Origin: Candidatus Methylomirabilis limnetica
Lineage (GTDB): Bacteria; Methylomirabilota; Methylomirabilia; Methylomirabilales; Methylomirabilaceae
Length of the DNA: 32,000 nucleotides
Assembly (NCBI RefSeq): GCF_003044035.1
Contig: NZ_NVQC01000017.1
Location: forward strand, 60,001-92,000
Direction of reading: 5' to 3'
In this document: positions 24,680-32,000 of the stretch, in pieces
How positions within the stretch are numbered: position 1 is the first letter of the stretch
Layout of the letters: the number at the start of each line of letters is the position of its first letter
Made by a program: the position numbers and the translations under genes
The notes under the pieces: generated by a model
What the model was told of the DNA's origin: nothing
Database searches by the model: none
The model's input: only the letters and a program-made list of their open reading frames with translations

Positions 24680-25321
24680 ATGAGTCTCCGCGTGAACGAG
24701 ATCTTCTACAGCATCCAGGGGGAATCGACCTATGCCGGTCGGCCGTGTGTCTTTGTCCGCCTGACCGGGTGTAACCTGCGGTGCCGGTGGTGCGATACGG
24801 CCTACGCTTTCCACGAGGGCGAGTCGCGCTCGGTAGAGCAGGCACTGGAACAGGTACGGTCCTATAAGTGCCCATTGGTCGAGATCACTGGGGGGGAGCC
24901 GTTGTTGCAGGAAGATGTGTATCCTCTAATCAGTCGCTTGCTCCTTGAGGAATACGAAGTCCTGATCGAAACAGGGGGGAGCCTCAGCGTTGATCGCCTC
25001 GATCCCAGGGTGGTCAAGATCCTGGACCTTAAGGCCCCGGGGAGCGAGATGGACCCTCACAACAATTTTGATAACCTCCGGTATCTCGACAGGAAGGACC
25101 AGATCAAATTCGTCGTCGCGGATCGCCGGGACTACGAGTGGGCGAAGCAAGTGATGGCGGAGCATACCCTGGCCGAAAAGGTCCAGGTTCTCTTCTCCCC
25201 GGTGTTCGGCGAGTTACATCCTGGCGAGCTGGCGGAATGGCTCTTGGCTGATCGACTTGCCGCCAGACTCCAGATTCAACTTCATAAGTACCTTTGGGAG
25301 CCAAGTCGGCGGGGAGTGTAG
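24680..25321 (+). CDS. queE: 7-carboxy-7-deazaguanine synthase (radical SAM)
   Basis: [36 protein letters not shown] is the QueE N-terminal signature. I chose ATG 24680 over GTG 24665. Confidence 0.9.
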   Translation: MSLRVNEIFYSIQGESTYAGRPCVFVRLTGCNLRCRWCDTAYAFHEGESRSVEQALEQVRSYKCPLVEITGGEPLLQEDVYPLISRLLLEEYEVLIETGGSLSVDRLDPRVVKILDLKAPGSEMDPHNNFDNLRYLDRKDQIKFVVADRRDYEWAKQVMAEHTLAEKVQVLFSPVFGELHPGELAEWLLADRLAARLQIQLHKYLWEPSRRGV

Positions 25322-26055
25322 TGAACCTGTCTGCGTGCAACGTACAGGCAGGCAAGCGTGCTGTCGTCCTGCTGAGCGGTGGACTCGACTCCGCAACAGC
25401 AGCCGCAATGGCAAAGGCCGAGGGGTATGCGCTTCATGCCCTCACCTTTCGCTACGGCCAGCGTCACGCGCGCGAGGTGGAGAGCGCGAAGAAGATCGCA
25501 GCCGCCCTTGGTGTCGTCCGGCACCTGATCCTTAAGCTTGATCTTCGGCAGATTGGCGGTTCAGCCCTGACCGCTGACATCCCGGTGCCAAAGGGCCGCG
25601 GGCTGGAGGAGATTGAGGCCGGCATCCCCGTCACCTACGTCCCTGCCCGTAACACCATCTTTCTCTCCCATGCGCTGGCTTGGGCGGAGGTGATCGGCTC
25701 TAAAGACATCGTGCTCGGGGTCAACGCGATCGACTATAGCGGGTACCCGGATTGTCGGCCGGAATACATCGCGGCCTTCGAGCAGATGGCGAACCTGGCG
25801 ACGCAGGCCGGCGTTGAAGGCGGATCCAGGCTGACCATCCATACCCCGCTGATCCACTTTACCAAGGCCGAGATCGTCCGGCGAGGCGCTGCCCTTGGGG
25901 TAGATTTCGCGCTAACCTGGAGTTGCTACGACCCGACCCCGGATGGGCGGCCCTGTCGCGCCTGTGACAGTTGCATCCTGCGGGAGAAAGGCTTCGCCGA
26001 AGCCGGCCTCCTGGACCCTGGCCCTACTGCCTCTAAGCTGCCTTTTGAGCGGTAG
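25321..26055 (+). CDS. queC: 7-cyano-7-deazaguanine (preQ0) synthase
   Basis: [14 protein letters not shown] (PP-loop) and a C-terminal Zn-binding Cys cluster (CYDP...[10 protein letters not shown]). GTG 25321 overlaps the queE TAG by 1 nt; the alternative start is TTG 25294. Confidence 0.9.
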   Translation: MNLSACNVQAGKRAVVLLSGGLDSATAAAMAKAEGYALHALTFRYGQRHAREVESAKKIAAALGVVRHLILKLDLRQIGGSALTADIPVPKGRGLEEIEAGIPVTYVPARNTIFLSHALAWAEVIGSKDIVLGVNAIDYSGYPDCRPEYIAAFEQMANLATQAGVEGGSRLTIHTPLIHFTKAEIVRRGAALGVDFALTWSCYDPTPDGRPCRACDSCILREKGFAEAGLLDPGPTASKLPFER

Positions 26056-26175
26056 TCCTCCTGGATTCATCGGTCTCCGTCCAAGCGATCGCTCATCCCA
26101 AGGACAGCGACAGGAGGGCCTGCTATTCACCATCCGGCTCATAGCATCCACCGTCTCCAAACAGATAGGGAAAAG

Positions 26176-26199
26176 AGTGGTGACCCGTTCGGGACTCGA
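26176..26199 (-). repeat. Orphan 24-nt copy of the 3' end of tRNA-Lys (AGTGGTGACCCGTTCGGGACTCGA on the plus strand); att-like distal repeat
   Basis: Perfect match to 29649..29672 in the same orientation, read directly. Confidence 0.85.
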
Positions 26200-26200
26200 T

Positions 26201-26953
26201 CTAAATATTTGGTGCTCCGGCACCTCGATCTGACGATCCCCTTCTCGGGGAAGGTGGCGGCATAACCGATCCACCAGGCACCCGTCGAGGCTGTAGCCTC
26301 GCGACGGTCTTCTGCATCGTCTCCAGCCAACAACAGGCAAAGTGGACATTCCTCAAACGCTCGGCTTCCTCAGGCACCCAACTTATAATGACCTCATCTT
26401 CAATTAGCCTCGTGCAGATTACGGGGGTGTCATCTCCGTTCACGGAGATGACGACGGTGCGCGTGGCCTGCGACAAGCGGAGCAGCTCGAGCGCCGACTC
26501 CGGAACGACGAGGCAAAGCGACACGCCCGCTGCGTGGCAACCTAGCATGAATCCGTGCGCGGGGTTGCCGGCGGAACAGACCAGCAACGGCGCGCGATCG
26601 TTCGCCGGTAGCGACAGATACCGGGCCAGCGTGACTTGTGCCTCGAACTCCTTGAAGGAACGCGACGTGCGCCGCCATAATCCAAGCCGCGCCGCCTATC
26701 CGACGCTGCGATAGCAACAGGACCGTCCCAATTCACCTTCGAGCAGGACAGAGTCGATCGGCAGTCAGTCGCGGTACGGAAAGATTCTCGACAGCGAAGT
26801 CTCGATGGAGAGCTTCGTGGACGAGTAAAACGCCTCCAATAAAGCGGGGCCGTGTTCGCGTTCGCAGCACAGTTGGAAGCCAGCGTCTGCAAACTCAGCG
26901 TCACACTCTGGATGCAGACATTTAAGACGATACGCCGCCACGCTACGGAGCAC
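26201..26953 (-). pseudogene. Threonine-synthase-like PLP (PALP fold) gene, decayed: in-frame TGA (26765..26767) and TAG (26696..26698), 3' end truncated at the att-like repeat
   Basis: A single minus-strand frame reads VLRSVAAYRLKCLHPECDAEF...QLCCEREHGPALLEAFY (ThrC-type zinc-ribbon N-terminus) ...PYRD*LPIDSVLLEGELGRSCCYRSVG*AARLG...LLVCSAGNPAHGFMLGCHAAGVSLCLVVPES...WLETMQKTVA. Compare the ThrC motifs SAGN and (E)GQKT. The position where the S-F-K-D-R PLP lysine is expected reads S-C-C-Y-R. Confidence 0.6.
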
Positions 26954-28253
26954 CTTCCAGTGCCGCCGTAGGAACCGGCACCACTTCGGCTTCGAGCAGG
27001 AATTCATTCAGTTTCAACAACGGGTCGTATGACGCTACGAAATACGCCAGCAGAAACGACTCGCCGAACCGTTGCTTCGTCCGCTCGATCGTCTCCACCA
27101 TCGTGAGCGATTCGACACTGAGAAGTTGTCCCGGCTTCAACCCCGACGAAAGGCGCCGCATCATTTCCTCCGGTGCCATCCCGCGAAGATATTTCGCAAC
27201 CGGCGGCCGAAGGAACACGCCGTCGCTCAATCCGGCAATTTCTTCGGACACCGAGCGATGATAGTCCTCCTCACGGTTGCCAACAGAACTGGCCACCCCC
27301 ACGAGATACCGGCACCCGAGCGCCTCTTGAACCCGACGGATCATCGGCGCTTCGAGCCGGTAGGCGTCGGGGTTCTTGCAGTGCAACAGCAACACGTAAT
27401 GACCTCGGAACCGGGCCAGGATGAAGCGACCGACAGGATAATCCCGATAGTCGCGTTCGTACTCGCGCAACACAGTGAGTTGCGCTTGGCGCGGCACTGG
27501 AAACGTGTCGCTGATTCCCTCAATGGCCGCAAGCGCCGCGAGGGCGTTGGCGATGTTGTAGCGTTGGTGTCCGCCGAACGTCATCGGCATTTCCGTTGCT
27601 GGCAGCAGGCGCCCCTCCCTCGCGTCATCTTTGCGCCACAACCAGCCGTCGCGCAGAAACCAGCCCCGGTCGAACTCATTCTCGCGTCCCGCGACGGTAA
27701 AGAAGATGGGACTGGCGCGACTCACCATCGTCATCGCCGCGACGCGCGGATCGTCCGCATTCAACACCACTGCGCCTGACGGATGGGTGCGACGGGCAAT
27801 CTCAGACTTGGCCTCCGCCATCTGGTCGAGCGTCCACACTCCTTCCAAGCCGAGATGATCCGCCAACACATTGGTCACAACTCCGACCCGGCACGTTGAG
27901 AAGCCAGGCCCGTAACAAAGCATCCCGCCGCGCCCCACTTCGGCGACAACCACTTGCAACCCCGGACAGTGCAGCGCCCGCCAAATTCCACGGTGACCGG
28001 CACGATCACCAACAGCAACGCGAACGCCGTTTTGGTACACGCCGTAGGTGGTGCACGTTCCAACCTTGTAGCCAGCGGCACGCAGCATCCGGTCAATGAG
28101 GTGAACCGTCGTGGTTTTCCCATTGGTACCGGTAACCGCGATGACGGGCGCGCGTCGCACCCATACACCCGTCCGCACAACATACCGGGCTTCGAATCGC
28201 AGCTTCCAGTGATGCAACCGGGCGCGCACTTGATGGAGAATGTTCCTATCCAT
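26943..28253 (-). CDS. Standalone Mur-ligase-family protein resembling the C-terminal (Mur-ligase) half of cyanophycin synthetase
   Basis: VIAVTGTNGKTTTVHLIDRMLRAAGYKVG (P-loop), VVAEVGRGGML, VVTNVLADHLG and VLNADDPRVAAM are present. ATG 28253 (MDRNILHQ...) is the first Met ahead of the ligase core, but the open frame continues upstream to 28499. Confidence 0.75.
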   Translation of the reverse strand: MDRNILHQVRARLHHWKLRFEARYVVRTGVWVRRAPVIAVTGTNGKTTTVHLIDRMLRAAGYKVGTCTTYGVYQNGVRVAVGDRAGHRGIWRALHCPGLQVVVAEVGRGGMLCYGPGFSTCRVGVVTNVLADHLGLEGVWTLDQMAEAKSEIARRTHPSGAVVLNADDPRVAAMTMVSRASPIFFTVAGRENEFDRGWFLRDGWLWRKDDAREGRLLPATEMPMTFGGHQRYNIANALAALAAIEGISDTFPVPRQAQLTVLREYERDYRDYPVGRFILARFRGHYVLLLHCKNPDAYRLEAPMIRRVQEALGCRYLVGVASSVGNREEDYHRSVSEEIAGLSDGVFLRPPVAKYLRGMAPEEMMRRLSSGLKPGQLLSVESLTMVETIERTKQRFGESFLLAYFVASYDPLLKLNEFLLEAEVVPVPTAALEGAP

Positions 28254-28442
28254 GCTCAGGGTTTTATGTAATGGGCCAAGACGGCGGAGTTGTGTCCACG
28301 CGACCGCGGCTAGCGCAACGACAATGAGCGTGCCGACGCCACCCACCACGACCGAGAACATTGCGCCGCCCCACACCACCACGATGCCGGACTCGAACGC
28401 ACCGAGTTTGTTGGAGGTCGTGATGAAGACACTGTTGACGGC
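28254..28442 (-). pseudogene. Remnant of the last TM helix / C-terminus of an MFS transporter, fused in frame to the Mur-ligase ORF
   Basis: AVNSVFITTSNKLGAFESGIVVVWGGAMFSVVVGGVGTLIVVALAAVAWTQLRRL matches the characteristic C-terminal (SN-x-LG-x-FESG ... GG-x-GT ... LRR) end of one MFS subfamily, as I recall it. There is no upstream MFS body; the frame is cut at ~28500. Confidence 0.5.
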
Positions 28443-28513
28443 GGACGCGTCCACGCATCGCGTCGGGCGGGAGCGCTTGCACGAGCGTGTGACGGACAAC
28501 GACGCTGCTCTAA

Positions 28514-28915
28514 CGGGTTTACGCGATAACCAGTTCTGGCGGGAGGCGGGTCTGGGCCGGCTATGGGGCCGTCTCGGCGGCCAAGGCAGCTCTGGAGTCG
28601 CATATCCGGCAGCTCGCGATGGAGCTGGCCCCCATAGGGATTACGGCGAACGCTATCCGCGCAGGGGTCACCGATACTCCAGCGCTCCGGAAGATCCCAG
28701 GAAGCCAGGGGATCGTAGAAACTGCGATGCGGCTCAATCCCTCCGGCCGCCTCACCACGCCCGAAGACATTGCCGAAATCCTCGTCACCTTGAGCCGCCC
28801 CGAGACCTACTGGATGACAGGTAACGTGATCGGGGTGGATGGGGGCGAGGATGTCGTAGCGTTCTTTATCTCCCCTGCAACGGCGGCAGGCACGGAAAGG
28901 CCGACGCCCGCTTGA
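28514..28915 (+). pseudogene. 5'-truncated enoyl-[ACP] reductase (FabL/FabI-like SDR), C-terminal ~133 aa only
   Basis: My translation from just after TAA 28511 reads RVYAITSSGGRRVWAGYGAVSAAKAALESHIRQLAMELAPIGITANAIRAGVTDTPALRKIPG...MTGNVIGVDGG. It has the Y-x6-K catalytic pair, but the whole Rossmann N-terminus (GxxxGxG) is absent. Confidence 0.65.
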
Positions 28916-29066
28916 TGAGGGATGCATGGGCCTCGTTGTGGGTAAAAGAGGATGTCAACCACGGGACTCGGCAGGTCAGGTACTGCGAGAGAGGCTCACG
29001 CATGAGGTTAACTGCAAAAAGTCGGGTTAAACCTATGCGCCGGGTGCGCGGCACAGCTCCGTTTGA

Positions 29067-29216
29067 TCAGCCACGGCTTGCTTGCCCGCCACCAGCCTGG
29101 CGACGGAATCGCCCCAGAGATACCGGCTGCCCTGCCGTGATATCTCTCAGCGGCTTGTGCCTCGTCAGCATTGGTTTCGTGTACGGCTGCTTTGGAGCCA
29201 GCGTGAAATCCTTCGT
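29067..29216 (-). CDS. Small ORF A (49 codons), paralog of ORF B; its start position is ACG where ORF B has ATG, so it may be inactive
   Basis: My translation is (T/M)KDFTLAPKQPYTKPMLTRHKPLRDITAGQPVSLGRFRRQAGGGQASRG*. TAAGGAG lies 7 nt upstream of the ACG. It is below the size cutoff of the ORF track. Confidence 0.35.
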   Translation of the reverse strand, partial: TKDFTLAPKQPYTKPMLTRHKPLRDITAGQPVSLGRFRRQAGGGQASRG

Positions 29217-29275
29217 TGGCTCACTCCTTAGATTTTAAGTTTACGATAGCGAGGGCTATGCCGTCTCGGTAAGCA

Positions 29276-29404
29276 TCAGTCTACTGACGGAGATATCTGC
29301 TGAGCCGTGATGTCCCGTAGCGGCTTGTGCTTCGTGAGTGTTGGCTTCGTGTACGGCTGCTTCGAGTCGGTCTCACGGACGTTCTGTTCCTGGACTTCCT
29401 TCAT
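29276..29404 (-). CDS. Small ORF B (42 aa), RiPP-precursor-like peptide
   Basis: GAAGGAG lies 7 nt upstream of ATG 29404..29402. My translation is MKEVQEQNVRETDSKQPYTKPTLTKHKPLRDITAQQISPSVD*. It shares an 18/20-identical central block with ORF A, while both flanks differ. Confidence 0.5.
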   Translation of the reverse strand: MKEVQEQNVRETDSKQPYTKPTLTKHKPLRDITAQQISPSVD

Positions 29405-29650
29405 GATTTTTCTCCTTCGCAGAGTCGTTTGTTGCAGTGACGATCACCAATGCGCATTCCGAACTTCCCACCACCGCAGGCAGGGAGGTAGGGGCGGATG
29501 TAGCACTCCTCGGGCAGGATCGGCTCCCGATAGCACTAGAAGTTTAATAGAAAAATCAAAATACTATGGTTCACCATATCCTCTAAAATCGAAGGGGTCA
29601 AGGAAGTTTTTCAGGGTGTGTTGGTAGCAATGAAAGGCATTAGAATGAAG

Positions 29651-29726
29651 TGGTGACCCGTTCGGGACTCGAACCCGAGACTCCCTGCTTAAAAGGCAGG
29701 AGCTCTGCCAACTGAGCTAACGGGTC
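29651..29726 (-). tRNA. tRNA-Lys (anticodon UUU), 76 nt with encoded CCA
   Basis: The reverse complement is GACCCGTTAGCTCAGTTGGCAGAGCTCCTGCCTTTTAAGCAGGGAGTCTCGGGTTCGAGTCCCGAACGGGTCACCA. It folds by hand into a cloverleaf with a 7-bp acceptor stem, D arm, anticodon stem CCTGC/GCAGG with loop CTTTTAA, 5-nt variable loop and a T arm with GGTTCGAGTCC. Confidence 0.93.
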
Positions 29727-29766
29727 GTCATGCAGAAGGCTATAGTCGCGACGTTGCAGAGGAAGC

Positions 29767-31077
29767 TTAGCGTGCCAGTCCCCACTGCCGCAAAGCCGGC
29801 GTCGAGCGAAGGATCGTCTGGTCCCGTCGGGGCCCTGTGGAGATGAGCCCTGCCTTGACCCCTGTCAGCCCCTCAATCCGCTCGATATAGGCCCGGCAGT
29901 GGGCCGGTAGACGCTTGTATGAGGTGATGCCGACAATGCTCTCGTTCCAGCCTGGCACCTCTTCATAGATCGGCTCACACGCCTTCAGGAGACCGGTCTC
30001 GTTCGGAAATTCTCGAAGGATCGCGCCGTTACATCGGTAGCTCGTGCAGATCCGGATCGAGTCACAGGCATCAAGGACATCTAGCTTCATGAGGGCGAGG
30101 GCCGATAGGCCGTTGATCCTGGCGCTGTACCTGACGGCAACGGCATCGAACCAGCCGCAGCGCCTCGGCCGCCCCGTTGTGGCCCCAAACTCCTGCCCAC
30201 GTGTCTGCAGCATCTGACCGATCGCATCCGTAAGCTCCGTCGGCATCGGACCCTCGCCGACGCGCGTCGTATAGGCCTTGGTTACGCCCAGGACGCCGTC
30301 GATCACTAACGGACTCACCCCGGTCCCGGTACAGGCGCCTCCGGCCGTGGCGCTCGATGAGGTGACGTAGGGGTAGGTCCCGAGATCGACGTCCAGGAGG
30401 GTCCCCTGCGCCCCCTCAAACAGGACGCTCTTCCCGGTTTTGATCAGATCGTAAATGATAAGGGAGCTGTCCACCACGAAGCCGCGAACGCGCTCGAACT
30501 GTTCAAGTTGCTCCGCCGCCATCTTTTCGCAATCCAGCTCCGCCAGCTCCTGATGCTGTGGGAACTGGGCGCGCTTCTCTTCAAGGTTACTGCGGAGGCG
30601 CTCCCTGAAGAGGTCGCGGTCGGTCAGATCGCCAACCCGGATCCCTGTCCTCGCCATCTTATCGATATAGGCTGGACCAATCCCGCGTCTAGTGGTCCCG
30701 ATCTGCCGACCCTCTCGGAGCCGTTCCAGCTCGGCGTCCAGGATCTTATGGTAGGGAAGCACCAGATGCGCGTTCTTACTGATAAAGAAGTTCTCCTCGA
30801 TCTTCACGTGCAGCTTTCTGAGCTGATCCATTTCCTGGATAAGGGCGGTCAGGTCAATCACCACGCCGTTCCCCAGGATGCAGACCTTCCCCTTCCTCAG
30901 TACGCCCGACGGGACCAGGTGCAGGACTATCTTCTCCTCCTCCACCACGACCGTATGGCCCGCGTTGGTCCCACCCTGGTACCGGGCCACCGCATCAAAA
31001 TACTCTGAGAGGAGATCAACAATCTTCCCCTTCCCTTCGTCGCCCCACTGCGTGCCGACAACAATTACATTGGCCAT
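29767..31077 (-). CDS. purA: Adenylosuccinate synthetase
   Basis: MANVIVVGTQWGDEGKGKIVDLL (P-loop), GGTNAGHTV, TTRRGIGPAY and GTTGRPRRCGWFD are PurA signatures. ATG 31077 is preferred over the track start at 31107. Confidence 0.95.
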   Translation of the reverse strand: MANVIVVGTQWGDEGKGKIVDLLSEYFDAVARYQGGTNAGHTVVVEEEKIVLHLVPSGVLRKGKVCILGNGVVIDLTALIQEMDQLRKLHVKIEENFFISKNAHLVLPYHKILDAELERLREGRQIGTTRRGIGPAYIDKMARTGIRVGDLTDRDLFRERLRSNLEEKRAQFPQHQELAELDCEKMAAEQLEQFERVRGFVVDSSLIIYDLIKTGKSVLFEGAQGTLLDVDLGTYPYVTSSSATAGGACTGTGVSPLVIDGVLGVTKAYTTRVGEGPMPTELTDAIGQMLQTRGQEFGATTGRPRRCGWFDAVAVRYSARINGLSALALMKLDVLDACDSIRICTSYRCNGAILREFPNETGLLKACEPIYEEVPGWNESIVGITSYKRLPAHCRAYIERIEGLTGVKAGLISTGPRRDQTILRSTPALRQWGLAR

Positions 31078-32000
31078 CGCCGTTCTCCACGTTCGACCTC
31101 GCCGCAAAATCGCTCAACCGGGACCCGCTCCTCAGCCCCAGAGTCAAGGTCCCTGACGAGCAACTCGTCCTGAGGCAGATGAGGTAAGCCCAGCACGATC
31201 GCTCGGCTGATCCCGGACGCTACCGCATAGTCAAATGAACCTTCCAGATCCCGCTTGATGATGTCTCTCGCCGCCGAGTAGCCCTGTTCCCGCAGAAGCC
31301 GAGCAATGCGAAGGGCGTGGCGCTTATCGGGGTTAAAGTCGATAATCAGAAACTTCTGGCTCGTCACGAGGGGAGGCCGATCCTCGGCAGCGACAGCCTC
31401 CAGGACCTTATCCAGATCGAAGGCAAAGCCGGTAGCGGGGCAGGGATACCCGAACCCACCGATCAGGTCGTCGTATCGGCCGCCGCGTGAGATCTCAGAG
31501 CCCAGGCCCTGAGCAAATGCCGCAAAGGTCACGCCAGTGTGGTACTCGAAGGCCCTCGCTTCGCCAAGATCGATGATCACCTGATCCGCCAAACCGTACT
31601 GCTCCAGGACTTCATAAACCTGGGTGAGGTTTCTCAGGGCCTCCTGTGAACGCCGGTTGGGCGCCAGGTCCTGCGCACGAGCCAGAACCTCTTTCCCGCC
31701 ATAGAGTGTTGGTAGGTCCAGCACAGCCTGCTTGGACTTATCGTCCGCATCCAGACCTTGCAGGAGCAGCTCAAGCTCGAGGGTATCTTTCCTGTTGATG
31801 GCCGAAACAAGCGCTCGGCGTCGATCGGGCTCGAGATCCAGGGCATCGACGAGCCCCCGCACGTACTCGATCTGGCCGACATCAATCTGAAAGCGCTGCA
31901 GGCCGAGGGCCCGGCAGCCCTCCACCACCATCGCCACCATCTCGGCATCGGCCTCCGGCCGCTCCAGCCCAATCAGCTCCACGCCAAGCTGGACACACTC
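31065..32000 (-). CDS. hisZ: ATP phosphoribosyltransferase regulatory subunit (HisRS-like), C-terminal ~310 aa; the 5' end lies beyond the right edge
   Basis: IDLGEARAFEYHTGVTFAAF and GGRYDDLIGGFG are class II aaRS-like HisZ motifs. hisZ-purA adjacency is common. The frame is still open at the window end, and the stop overlaps the purA start by 13 nt. Confidence 0.85.
   Translation of the reverse strand, partial: ECVQLGVELIGLERPEADAEMVAMVVEGCRALGLQRFQIDVGQIEYVRGLVDALDLEPDRRRALVSAINRKDTLELELLLQGLDADDKSKQAVLDLPTLYGGKEVLARAQDLAPNRRSQEALRNLTQVYEVLEQYGLADQVIIDLGEARAFEYHTGVTFAAFAQGLGSEISRGGRYDDLIGGFGYPCPATGFAFDLDKVLEAVAAEDRPPLVTSQKFLIIDFNPDKRHALRIARLLREQGYSAARDIIKRDLEGSFDYAVASGISRAIVLGLPHLPQDELLVRDLDSGAEERVPVERFCGEVERGERRWPM

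Noticed and set aside
26696-26767. Recoding of the in-frame TGA (selenocysteine) or TAG (pyrrolysine) in the ThrC-like gene
   Set aside because: The two stops are of different types. I saw no SECIS-like hairpin directly downstream of the TGA, the putative catalytic lysine is also lost, and the gene is truncated at the att-like repeat. Everything points to a pseudogene.
29067-29404. Calling the mini-ORFs bona fide lasso peptide precursors
   Set aside because: Only the leader spacing fits. The predicted cores lack a workable macrolactam design: ORF A has no Asp or Glu at all, and ORF B would be 8 residues long starting with Gln. No B, C or RRE genes are in the window. I kept this as RiPP-like only.
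29545-29580. Small palindrome TATGGTtcACCATA in the AT-rich stretch next to tRNA-Lys as an integrase or regulator binding site
   Set aside because: A 6-bp inverted repeat is expected by chance in AT-rich DNA, and there is no second copy near the distal att-like repeat.
28912-29627. Plus-strand ORFs 28912..29238 and 29307..29627 that share the peptide SGLC(L/F)VS(I/V)GFVYGCF
   Set aside because: The shared segment is the antisense image of the conserved block of the two minus-strand mini-ORFs. The plus-strand versions have no ribosome-binding sites and Cys/Phe-rich nonsense composition, while minus-strand ORF B has a strong SD-ATG.

Overview
GC-rich bacterial chromosomal window, densely packed and mostly housekeeping. 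I cannot assign the organism from sequence alone; the gene content fits a diderm, hopanoid-producing bacterium.

(1) 1-10.5 kb: one uninterrupted minus-strand gene array: speH, speE, a PLP decarboxylase, secD, secF, gmhA, a D-Ala-D-Ala carboxypeptidase, dprA and topA. Most of its intergenic gaps (five loci) hold unusual inverted or tandem repeats built from 7-nt units.

(2) 10.5-26 kb, plus strand:
- a DegT-type aminotransferase
- a 0.5 kb non-coding gap containing a nested palindrome
- a hopanoid module (small membrane protein, hpnH, shc, hpnG)
- a compositionally distinct 4-gene efflux cassette (membrane-fusion adaptor, ABC ATPase, two FtsX-type permeases)
- the peptidoglycan pair mepK-like plus an L,D-transpeptidase
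- a MITE-like palindromic element
- htrA and queE-queC

(3) 26.2-29.65 kb: a 3.45 kb segment bounded by a perfect 24-nt direct repeat of the 3' end of tRNA-Lys(UUU). I read it as a decayed integrative island. It holds a ThrC-like pseudogene with two in-frame stops, a standalone cyanophycin-synthetase-like Mur ligase fused to an MFS remnant, a 5'-truncated enoyl-ACP reductase fragment, and two paralogous small ORFs that look like RiPP precursors.

(4) tRNA-Lys, purA and hisZ (truncated at the window edge).

I found no CRISPR array, rRNA, transposase or integrase gene. Coordinates I derived by hand may be off by 1-2 nt.
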